Below the pieces are notes generated by a model, which ran no database searches, was not told where the DNA came from, and saw only the letters and a program-made list of their open reading frames with translations. Of a stretch of 64,000 bases of DNA, positions 39,101 to 51,100 are shown one piece after another (the stretch's first letter is position 1; each line of letters starts with the position of its first letter). The position numbers were made by a program, and so were the translations under genes. Origin of the DNA: Ophelia neglecta (taxonomy: Eukaryota); assembly GCA_965285935.1 (NCBI GenBank), contig OZ260661.1, positions 27,156,001 to 27,220,000 on the forward strand, given 5' to 3'.

Positions 39101-42100
39101 TTATACTGACATTTGTTCAGAACAGAAGCATGTTCCTTGGAGGCGCTGGTCCCCATATCCCAAATCTGTGAAAATAAATCCACTAAACAACTCGTAAAAG
39201 GTGAGAGTTCATACACAGCCAACTTCACCAAAAATGTGAGAAATTTTCTCGTAAATTGTGAGCGTCATCCATACACAGCGACTTCACCAAAACACAAGAA
39301 TTATTGAAACCATCAGATCTGAAGTCAATGGAATTGCACAGCCACAGAGTGATAAATGAGGGGTCTGTGGCACACAGAGGCCTGTGGCAGACAGTTGTCT
39401 GTAGATGCTTGTGCCAAACGGAGATCATAAGAAGATGGGAGATCATTTCTGACAGGCCCACTACTGTGAGACTGACCAAGAGTGGGCAGAGATCAGCGGG
39501 ATCGGGAGAATGCCACCTATTGTGTGGACAACCTGAGAAAATGTGTGTGGAAGTGTGGAGAAATGTGAGATAATCTGACACCGTATCTGTGGGGATTGTT
39601 CCTTTTGGAGCCACACCTGAGGTAACGCCTGGAAACCTGGGAAACGACTACAACCACAGGAGAGTGCTCCAGGCCAGAGGGCAGGTAGGGGAGGGGGGTA
39701 CTGGAAGGAGGAGGGCCAGAGGAGAGGGGATATGAACATTAGACAAACAAGATGAACAGTGCTCCAGGCCAGAGGCAGATGTCAGGAGGGGAGCAGAGAG
39801 GGGCAGGAAGGGGGGAACTAGTGTCTGGGGGGAGGGGGGGGGGAAGGGAGGAAGCCTGATACTGGGAGAGATGGAGGCTGGAGGGATACTTTGGTAGGTT
39901 GCGATGGCTTTGGGCAAGGGAATCACTTGCCGACTATTGAATGTATCTGATTAATACGAGGAGGGAGTGGAAATGTAAAAAAAGTCACACTGAAATAGCT
40001 TACAACATTACAAATGATAATTTTAAAGGCCATAGGAGCACTTTGAAATGAATTCTACCATCATAAACAACATTTAGAATATTAAGATATGTTATACTTG
40101 TATATGGGGTAAAAAATAGCAACTAGCATAGTTAAAAATGCATAAATGTATATAACAGGACTGTTGTTTCTCAAAATATTTCCTACTGGACAGGATTGGG
40201 GATGCTTTGTTTTTACTACTACAACCCCCTGGCATGACACCTGGTGGCTAGATCAGGTTCCACAAAATATTGTGTTCACCATCCTCCCCAGTAGCATGAC
40301 CTTTGAAACATTCAAAGAATGCTATCCATGGAAACAAGCTGACCAATCAGTAATAGTCATAATATTCAATATACAGTATTAATATAGTGAAACCTGGAAT
40401 AAAGACCAGCCAAGGGACTGGCAAATACTGGTCTGATTGTGGAGGTGGTCTGTTTAGACAGGTTATTTTTACATTAAAAGTATGCAGTATGGTCTTCAAG
40501 CAAGTGGTATGTATATAGAGGTGGTCTTTAAGGCAGGTATTACTGTATATATGACAATAAGTTAGTGGCTCCTGTTATTAATTTAATTGGATGGCCAATG
40601 ATGTAGAAGAGCCATACAACTGTGCATCAATTTCTGTTCTGAATTATCCAATCAGAACAGATGAAGGGTGCATGCCCAAATGTCTTCAACAAATTCTAAA
40701 CATTCAAAGGTCTGCTGTCAGAACCTGATGCCACTACAGAACTCTATCAGGTGAGGAGTTCCTCACGAACTATAACATCAGAGGCTCTTTTATTCCTCGG
40801 CACTACGTCCAACCTACACTGGCTCCTTCTGTGTTTACAAACACAACTTTGTATTGTCAGAAGGGCCACATGTCCTCACACCTTTAATCTCTACCAGGCC
40901 AGGCCCCAGACTGGGGGGGGGGGGGGGAGAGAGGGGGAGGGGGGATGTTTACTAGCCAGGACAGGTAGCCCCACCGGTAGGTAGTAATCTTGGCCGGCTC
41001 TTTATTGGCTGGTGTGAAAACACTAGGCTCTGGAGGTATACACAAAGGGAGTAAGAGAATACATGACAGATATCCTACGAAGGTTTCTGATATCCTGATG
41101 ATATAAATCTGATATAGCCTGTTTCTCTAGTCTTGTAAATAGAACTGCTCTAGGGGCTGCTGCCCACTGTCCCTGATGTGATCAGATGAAAAGACCTCAT
41201 TTATTACAATTTGACTTAAGCCACTGTAAGTGGGTCCTCCTTTGTATTGGTTCCCCCTTTTGGCACTGGTCAAAGATAGCAACCTATGGAAAGAGGGTCC
41301 ACTTCAAGGGGCTCAGAGTGAGGTTATGCTCTGCCAGATACTTCACTAGCTAGTGGAATGATTAGTAAGAAATCAAAGTAGCTAATATTACTATTTAATT
41401 TTCCCCAAATTTAATTACATTAATTCTTGAATGTACATGCACATGTGAAAACTTGTTAAAAATTGCTAAAACTTCTTTGGGAGTAAATTTCTGCTTCTAT
41501 ATCTTGGCGCTTACATCCTTAGTAATGTATTAATTCTGAGGATGATAAATCCAAACATCAACAGCTTGAATTATACTGAGTATCATTCACTACCTGAAAT
41601 ATTGCCATTTGCAAAAGAGAATATTTTGGAAGTATTGTTTTTTGTTTCATACTTCCTGTACTGTCCTTAAGCCTATTATGCAATTTAGTCTGGAAGTTTT
41701 CACCAGCATAAAATGTCAGGACTGTTCTACCTCCTTTCACAAGAAGATTCTCCCATGACGGGCTCGAAATAAAGGCAAGCAAACTAGAAAAATGGCAGTA
41801 GGCTTGACAGATATGCTACTGAAATATAAAGTAACCAGCAGACATTTGTTAGTAGGAAATCTATATATACAAGTTGTTAGTGGTGGCTCATTTTATGCCT
41901 GATTGTGCTGTAGAGAGCTTAAAAACTAGGCCTGCACATACCATTGTGTCCAGTCCTAAAACTGTGTTACTAAATTAACTACTGCAAGATTTAGTACACA
42001 TCATTTTGATGGTGACATGCATGGGCGCTTTATTTGATTGTCCAAGTCATTAATTTGCTAGTGCAAAAAGCATAGCTAGCAATATTTTGCTAGTGGTTAA

Positions 42101-45100
42101 AAAGTTAATTTCTAGGCCTGGTACACTTTGTGTTTTTCATGAGTTGACAATTTACACTGATTACAGTGATTACAATGACTACAGTGATTACAGCTTTAAC
42201 AGTGATTACAGTGATTACAATGATGTACTTGATGATCACTCATCAATTTTTCTGCCAACTTAATAACCATCAAGGTCCTCGCAGGCAAGGATTCATTTGA
42301 ATAAGAAAACAAAACAAATTACTGTAGGCATGGTAATTCTCAAAAGGCACTCATTTCTGCAACTGGTACATGTATTTTATATCCCAAACTAATGAAAAGT
42401 CATCTAGGGGCATTTTTTCCATGTCTGGCAAAAGCCTATGGAACATGATGGAGTGGGTCCTTTGTGCAATTGGGTTAGCGTTTTTCAAGGGAATTTCCTG
42501 GAATTCAGCCAGATTAGGATCAGACAGATTGGGGAGTGAAGCTTTCTACAATCAAATGATCTACGCTCCGGCTGACGTCTCCTCGCACAAAACAAGATGT
42601 GCAATCTACGTCGTCGTCAACAAAGATACAAAGCACTTCGGAGAAAATGACATAATCACCTCCCAGATTTCCAGTTTGGGAATGAAAATCACTTAAAAAC
42701 AATAACAGCCTTGTTCTTCTCAATGGATAAAAACAAGAGGAACAACAGTGACAGTTTGCCAAATGTGTCAATGGAAATACTTGCGAGTTAAATTTCTAGA
42801 TCAATTGGTCAAAAATAGGAATGGCAAGAATAATATGTAACAAAAATTATAATAGAACAAATATATCAATTGTGAGGTATTAATATTAAATGTTAACTAT
42901 AAAGTTTTCTATTCCAAGATATTTGCAAAAACTATGTAAAACAGTAAAACCATGTAGAGCCATGTAATCTTATGCAGCGATTGCCACACTCAAAGATAAG
43001 GCGAAAAAGACTGCATTGTTTGTATCAGCAATTTGGTACTACCGTATATGTAATGTACTAGCGAGTGACAGAGCTGGGGATAAGGGTTATAATGGTGATA
43101 TACATGTAGGTATAACCCAAAAACTCATAGACACACTTATCATCATTCTATTTATTCGTTAATATATAGGGGCTGCTTTTGATAAACAATGCCACCATTC
43201 TTCTACCTGTTGAAGACTCTGTATTTGGCATTTTTGCCATGTACCACATAGGCTGTCGTTATCTGGTACGGTCCCTGTGTACTACCAATAAGCTCGCTTA
43301 TTGGTAGTACACAGGGACCGTACCAGATAACGACAGCCTATGATTTACCAGTTCACATCTGCATCTCAGTGCCTTTTGTTTCATGACTTTTCTGAAATAG
43401 GCCTTATCAGAATATTAAATGGCTGCCCAATTTAGATGTCTCATTTAAAAAGTGTACATGTACTTGGCATGGAAAAGTTATTAAGAAATTATGGATTAAA
43501 ATATGCTCAGTTTCAAAGTAATAAAAGCTTACAGTCCTTGATAATATATGTGTTTACAGTAATCTCTGCCAGATAGTCTACATTTATAGTGACTTATGTT
43601 TCACTGCTGTAACAATGTACCAGGTATCACAATAATGAGATAGTCTGCTCCTATAAAGCTTTGTATTTTTGCTTTGGGTCATACCCTGTGCACCAATATA
43701 CACAGGGGATTCTCTTATTCACAGTGGAGTAGTATTCTTATTCACAGTGGAGTAATATTGACACTTACCCCTGTGCCCATAGACCAAAATTTTTTTTGCT
43801 TTGGGTCTTTCCATTTGATTTCCAAAGGTTGGGATTGAACCTTAAAGTATGTTACCAAAATAAAAAGGTTTTTACTGTTTATGAATCATGCCTTTCTTTG
43901 TCAAAAAATGAAACAGAATGACCATAGCATGGAAACCCCCTCCCCCCCCCCCCCAAAGAATCCAAATAAACTAATCCATAAAGCAAAATTGGCAAACTAC
44001 CATCAAAGCCAAGAATGATCTCTATATATGGTCATTGATCATTAATTTATGTATTTATATAAACACATATCTTACAATGTCTAGGTGTTTTCCTGCATGT
44101 TGATATTACAAGTACACAGCTCTGATTGGACTAAAATTGTCCTATTTATAGACAAATGGAGGTGGTGGCAACCGACACCACAGTCTATTGCACCATACAC
44201 GCCTGGGGAGCAAAGGCTGGCGTAAGTTATCAGCTATCACACTCATTGTATCAGACATGTGTGTACTGTGTACTTGTAAGGTTTATAGGAGAACAGCTGA
44301 TGGGAGTATGGCTGATTTGTTACAGGAACAGCTGTGAGAGAGAAGATACAGGATGGTATGGATCAATAAAGTGGCCTAATACCACAAAAAGATGGCATCA
44401 TTTGAGCAAAGATAAAACAGCACCCTATATCAAAGGATGCACAAATCTATTAGGCCATCCTTTTTAATGTGTAGGTTTAAGAAAGTTTTTGACAAATCAT
44501 CAAAAAGGGGGAAGGAAATAATAAAACATAAAACGAAATAAATTTACACTTTGGAAAAAAAAAAAAAAACATTTACATATTCCAATTTCCAATCTAATTC
44601 ACTATTGCAGTCTTGTAAACCAACATATCTAAGATGATATCCATATTAAAAGTATTCAAACTTGCATGATATGTGACTGATGTGCGACTGCATCACTGAG
44701 TGAAGTTTTGAAATACTGAAGCCATGTTTTTTGAATTTCAAAAGGCAGGAAATCATGTTCCTGTTGCAGATTTTACACTTAAAGGCAAACCACTGTTATT
44801 TCCTGTCTTTGGCCCAAAAGTTGACAACATTCACGGCACATTTTCTGTCCAGTCCTAAGTTTAGGGATTAGATTATCCTATTGCCAATTAGCTAAGACCA
44901 TGCTAACCAGTGTTTCCCATTGACCAAGATTAAGTTTTAAGACCAAAACAGGCGTCTACACTAACTTTTCTCAGCACATGCCCTGAGGGCAAGTAGCACC
45001 AGGAAACTACTTGCCTGCACCATAGGCTTACTGTCCCCAAAATATTTGTACATATAAAATATACAAGATATCCAACAATCAGCGATTTGGGGAATTTTTA

Positions 45101-48100
45101 GCAGGTTGCCCGGCGGGAAGTTAGTAACTAAAACCTTGTTGCCCGCAAGCAGAATTGAGGTGCCCCGGGATGATGGGCAATAGTTAGTGTAGACCCCGGC
45201 AAAATGACTACAGTAGGTCTCTGAGCACTTGTATCCTGATATTAATTAAAGGTTTGAGTTAACACTGCTTCCAGAAACCAGGCCCACAACTCCAGCCAAG
45301 TTTTCTGTATTACAAATGGTGATAGGGAAGGCGGCAAAACCATGATGGATACTTGATTGACATCAAGCTACAAATTGATCGTTTCTAGCTAGCAGATAAC
45401 TTGATTATATAGAAGCATTCTCGGTTGTGCTCCCCATTTCATTGCTCTCATTTGTCACTGGTCAGAGGGCAGCCAATTTGGAAGAGTGTCCTCTAAATGG
45501 ACTGATCAAAGCATTGACAGTGGGCAGGACCATTGAGAACGGTTCTATGTCCTACAGCTATCACACCTTAAAGTCCCATGAATACATCAAGTGACATTTT
45601 ACACGTCTGCTTCAGGCAGTCACCAGACCACTAGCTCTATCCAAATTGATCTTCCAGCCTCCCAACACCACTGGTGGTATATTGTAAAGAAAAACAATAT
45701 TCAATAATGAACTTGCTCATACCGCCTCATACAAACCATTCATGCAATTCAACTGCCAATTGGAAGCAAACATATTATAGCAAAAGAGGTTTTAATTTGG
45801 TTGTATTTGAGCAGACAAGGCCAGCTTTAGCGGAACACACACCCGCTGCATAAAAAAACGCCAAACCAGACTGAGCCTTGAACAGTGGGTTGGTTGACAA
45901 TCAGGCACGTGATTCATGTAGATGAAGGCTGTGAGATCGTTTAGGGAGAGCTCTCCTGGCGTACATCATGGTAGCTCACATCATGGCCATGTGATCAGAG
46001 GCAATATACTACTAATTTAAAAAACTGATCTTTACAGGTCTGGCTAGACATTATTATGGACTCCACAACTTTTTCTCCCATGTGGCATAAAGGATCAACT
46101 TTTCTTCTCCACAATAACAACAAAAGCAGTGGATATTAAAAAAGGGTAAAACCTGTGATAGGCAGATTCATTAATTATCTGAAGGATCTATAAAAGGACA
46201 AAAGCCCATTGATTGTAAAATCAAAGCATGTTTAGTCATGCCCAGAATATTTCCAATCACACTCTGAGATAAGCTCAAGTAGATGACAAAAGCAGCCCTC
46301 TTACATAGTTTGCCGGTGCTGTCAGGAATAATTACAGGCTTTAATTATACAGCCCATCTTTAATTGACCAACCAATTCCCATGTTTATTAGTGTGAGGCA
46401 AGGAATGCCCTCACCATGATAACAAATGAGCCCAGGTGTTCCTTAAAGTGACACTTGACTGAGACCCTTGGTGGACAGCAATACCAAAAATAGCATCTTT
46501 AATTTTCTTTCTGGCCAATCTATTAGAATTATACTGCTTAACAATACCCCTAGCTTTGAATGGTCTTAAAAGCAGCCAATCATGTTTTCAGCCATGCTTA
46601 TGCCTCCAGGGCCAATAGATGACATGGATAAAATAACAGGGGAGGGGTACCCTTGGAGCAGTAAAGTTTCATGCCTACACAGTTTTTTATTTTATTGCTT
46701 TACGGATGGTTTTTTGCTTGTCTAAGAAAAAGTCACTGATAATGAACAGGGTCATCAATTTTTGGATGGGGCGGCTTCACTGAGAGGCTTGTATTTACCA
46801 AATATACCATTTAGTTCTCACAGCGGATCACATGAAGCTGTGGCCCAAGGCGCTGTGACCTTGAAATCCCAGTCATTACAATATCACCGTTGGCAATTAG
46901 TTCAATCATACATTCAACTCCAGATCCTGGCACTGAAACGGCGAGATTGATCAACAAAGTAAACGCTGATCGGGCTGCTTACAGAACTTCTGGCTCAAAT
47001 GCATTGCCATAAATCGTCTGACTGAAGAGACAACCATTTTTTGCAGGCCACAGTAGTAAAAGATGCCTTTGGCAATCCATGTTGGCCGGTTGCACCCGCC
47101 AGGCAGACTGCACCCATTACAGCTAAGATGTATGAAGATGCCAACCTGGTCCACTAATTTCACAGGCGGCTGAACTATTAGCTTCAGAGAAAATTGGATG
47201 CAAAAAAGCAGCTTTACAAGATAATAAAAATAAATTCAAGCAGCCCAAGGTCTAGGCTAAAAGGCCTGCACTAAGTTCCCTATTTCAGGACCAGTATGGT
47301 TTTTTATCCCACATTACTACGCCTATATACACCAGACTAAAGCGAGCTATATCAACATTTGGCTTGATGTATTCTCCCATTAGCAGCATGTTCACACATT
47401 TTCCATTGACAGTTTATCAGATCAATTGAACGCCTTCATTCCTAGGCCAACGCTTCATGCTGTTGTTCCTGAGACTACTTACCAAGTCCCCTTGGTAATA
47501 TGTAGATAACCTCTTTTTGCGACACGGTATTTACCATTTCAACAACCATTTTTGTTGCCTTGATTACAGAAACCCCTTTCTAGGACAGCCTTTGTCATTT
47601 GTCATGCCATAGCCTTTGCATTGTTTAATGGAATATTCACCAGCAGCGAATAATAGTGCCTCGGTTTGATGGGTTTTTATGATGGAGACGAGTAAAGACG
47701 ACAACACTAAATCTGTGATGGTCTCCGCAAGGATCAAAAAAGCTTTAAATGATCGGTAGGAGGGGAAAAACTGCATTCCAAATACTACAGCTCCACAATA
47801 AGAGCTGGCTGATCAGACTAAGCCGACCTAAAACATGCCCTGGCAAGCTCATAGTAGCTCTATTCTAAAAACTCTGATTATGAATGGTATAGTTCTTCAT
47901 ATGGCTTGCTGGTTTGGAGGGCTGGGTGGTGCTGCAAGCAGTCAATTCTTTTTATTAATACATATAATTATGCATTTCAACTCATTTTGCTTTCTTCTGA
48001 ACAGGTGTTTCAATTACTGCTAGTGTCAGCCACTTGTCTATTGTTTTTTAAGCCTGGCATATTGGAATAATACAATCTATTGTGTTGGCTTTTGAAACAT

Positions 48101-51100
48101 AAGGGCTGATGGAAGCTTTGATGGAAGCTTGAAGAGGCTATTGAATTCATTGTGACATATTTCTTGAAGTAATGGTTGATTAATTCAATAAAATGCATAG
48201 AACATATGCAAATGGCAATAATAATTAGCTCATTTGTACCAAACTATCTCTTGTTAACTACATTATAATTGGTTGATCATTATGATAAATCAACTGTTGA
48301 CACTGGTATTGGTTTTCTGTCATTAACCTAAAGTTTCTTAGTCAGGAATTTTATAACAAATTTCATGAGCAAGCAAACATCTGAACATAGAAATAGTAAA
48401 TGGTAATCGTCCCTTTACCTGAAAACTCAAACAGGGGTCTACACTAACTATTGCCCGACGTCCCGGGGCACCTCAAATCTGCTTGCAAACACAAAGGTTT
48501 TAGATACTAACTTCCCGCCGGGCAACCTGCTACAATTCCCCAAATTGCCGATTGTTGGATATTATGTATATTTTATATGAACAAATTCTTTTGGGACAGT
48601 AAGCCTATGGTGCGGGCAAGTAGTTTCCTGGTGCTACTTGCCCTCAGGGCAAGTGCTGAGAAAAGTTAGTGTAGACCCCTGTCAAATGTGGCTCAAACCA
48701 CACCAGACAATAAAATGACATGCAAATAAGTAGTCACAGTACACGTGCACCTTATACACATGTACATGCCAGTACATGTACACTACACGAATAGCTATTT
48801 ATACAGCTCCAAAGTAGAAATGACATGTACATAATTACATGTATACATATATTAAAACCCCATCAGAAGCAGTACCATCTAGATCACACCAACATGTTAA
48901 CCTGTAAATCACTCTGACTACATGTGTGACATGTGTCCAGGTACCGACAGGCCTCTGCTCTCACTCCCTTCCTCCAATCACTTGACCAGTTCTTTAATTG
49001 GGTGCCAAACATTTATGCAAATTTGATGTCTGCAAAATATCGTAATAATTAACATTTTTTCTAAAGGTTCATGTGTTTGACTGACTACGGACAGTTTTTT
49101 GACAACTAAATATTTCCAAAACTATTTTTTTCTAAAGGGGCAGAGTTCAGCAGCCTTAGAGAAATCAATATCGTGAAAAGAAACAGTCTAAGTAGAAATC
49201 AATACTACTTAGAAAAAGTTGCTAGGTTTTTAAAGGTCACAGTAAAACATCGCCTTGTCTGGGTCATTGATACCCACCCATTCCTCTCTAATCAATCACT
49301 CCTCTCAAGTTTTTCTGAGTACAAATGAAGTGGGACATAAAAAGTTCTCCAGGAAGGCTACAGATAACTATATTAAACATATGGGAACATAACATACTCT
49401 ACCAATTTTATCTTTGACACTACTATTAAACATAAATTTAATTTTTGCTTTAATTTAATAAGGTCTTAAATGCATACAATGTTGAAAGGTTCATGTTACT
49501 TTAATGCTCTAGGTGGGAGCCATTTCTAAGGGCCATGCATCGCTTCCAAGGCCTTTAGCTCGGACCTTTGGCAAACAATTACTTCTTTTAGACTCCCAGC
49601 TCCATTCATACACCTACTTCTTGTAATAAAATCTTTCTAAATTCAAGTCTTACTTTAAATGTAACCCTCCTCCTTAATATAGTTTGCACAGGATATTTTG
49701 GGTGTAGTCAATGTTTGAATTTTAATATCATTCCCGAACAGTTGAATATAACAGACAGACTTAATCGCACTTCTTACAATCAATTTATGTCAACATTTAC
49801 AATATTTTTTTCTTAAAAGAATTACAAAACAGTCGCCCACTCCATTGATTTACATAAACTCTGATCGTGACTGACTGATGTAAGTGTAAGTGGTGACAAG
49901 GCATTGATCATTGCATGTTCAAACACAGCACTCCCAAATATCAAGTATTTTTATTGAATTTCTCTTGAGATGTTTTTTATCTGCCACAAAGGTGGTTGAC
50001 TATCTTTTTATTTAATCAATACACGGACAATTCTAGGAGGGGGAGGGTGGCAGGGACCTAACTTCACACCCTCCCTGGGGGGCTGGGGTGGGGAAAGGGG
50101 AGGGGAGGGTAGTACTACCTCTTTCTTTGGGGAGAGGCAGGGCAGGTCCATAACCTTCTGGGGACGGGGGGAGGGGGGGGGGGAGGAGGAGGAGGACATA
50201 GTTCCTCACCCTTCTCCATCCTGGGACTTGGGAGGAGGTGGGAGGAGGGATGGCACCACACCCTCCTGTGAGAAGGAAAGGAAGGACAGTGGGTAGGGTG
50301 ACAACAGGATAGGCCCACATCATCCTGGTAGGGGGGGGGGGGGAGGGAGGGGGAGGAAGCATGATTAGTATTGATTACCACCATGCCCTGTCTGTCCCCC
50401 CCCCCCCCCTTAGTTATCCTGACATTGTTCTGATCATTTCACCTGCACAGGCATGACAGGGAATGTACCTCTGTAGTCACTGTCACTAAGAGGCTCCAAT
50501 CTCATTGATTCCACTCAAATTCATTTTCAGCCATATCAATGCAAACAAAGTTTACCACAACATGTCAGAGTTTGCAAGCACACTCTGCGAAAATCTGTGC
50601 CCTTATTCATTGAAGGCAAATGTAAATAAATAAATCAGGACATTGGCATAGATCTGTTTTTTATGGTCATGCAATTTTTCCCCATTGCCTATTGTAAATA
50701 CTTTAAGGAGCAAAGTTGCATTACTTTTTCACCAGGACAAAGGTGGCCTTGCCATGGGGGCCAATATAGGACCACTGCACTGTAACAGCCCTGGTGTCAT
50801 CAGTCGATACTGTCATAGGGAAAATGTTAGTTTGAATATATATATACAGAGAAAACTGCCTTAAAGTCCACCTCTCTACTCAGACCAACTGTCAATTCAG
50901 ACAAGTATTTTCCAGTCCCTTTGGTGGTCTTAATTCACAGGTTTCACTGTACTGTATAGTAATATCTTTTATACATCATCCAGCATGCAGCACAGCACAT
51001 TTCACATGGACCTTCTGAACTGAAGTCGCACCAAAATATTATGTTGCAAATATATTGCGGTTTAAAATCTGTGCAATTCTCTTTCTTTTGAAAGTTCCAT

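Noticed and set aside
39225-39926. Pro-rich minus-strand ORFs as an alternative first exon
   Set aside because: Low-complexity purine/pyrimidine-skewed sequence, several frames equally open, no convincing donor found
44949-48681. One large composite transposon bounded by the two inverted family C copies
   Set aside because: Each copy has its own, different TSD and no transposase ORF lies between them
50008-50410. Pro-rich ORFs
   Set aside because: Poly-G/purine tracts translated in several frames
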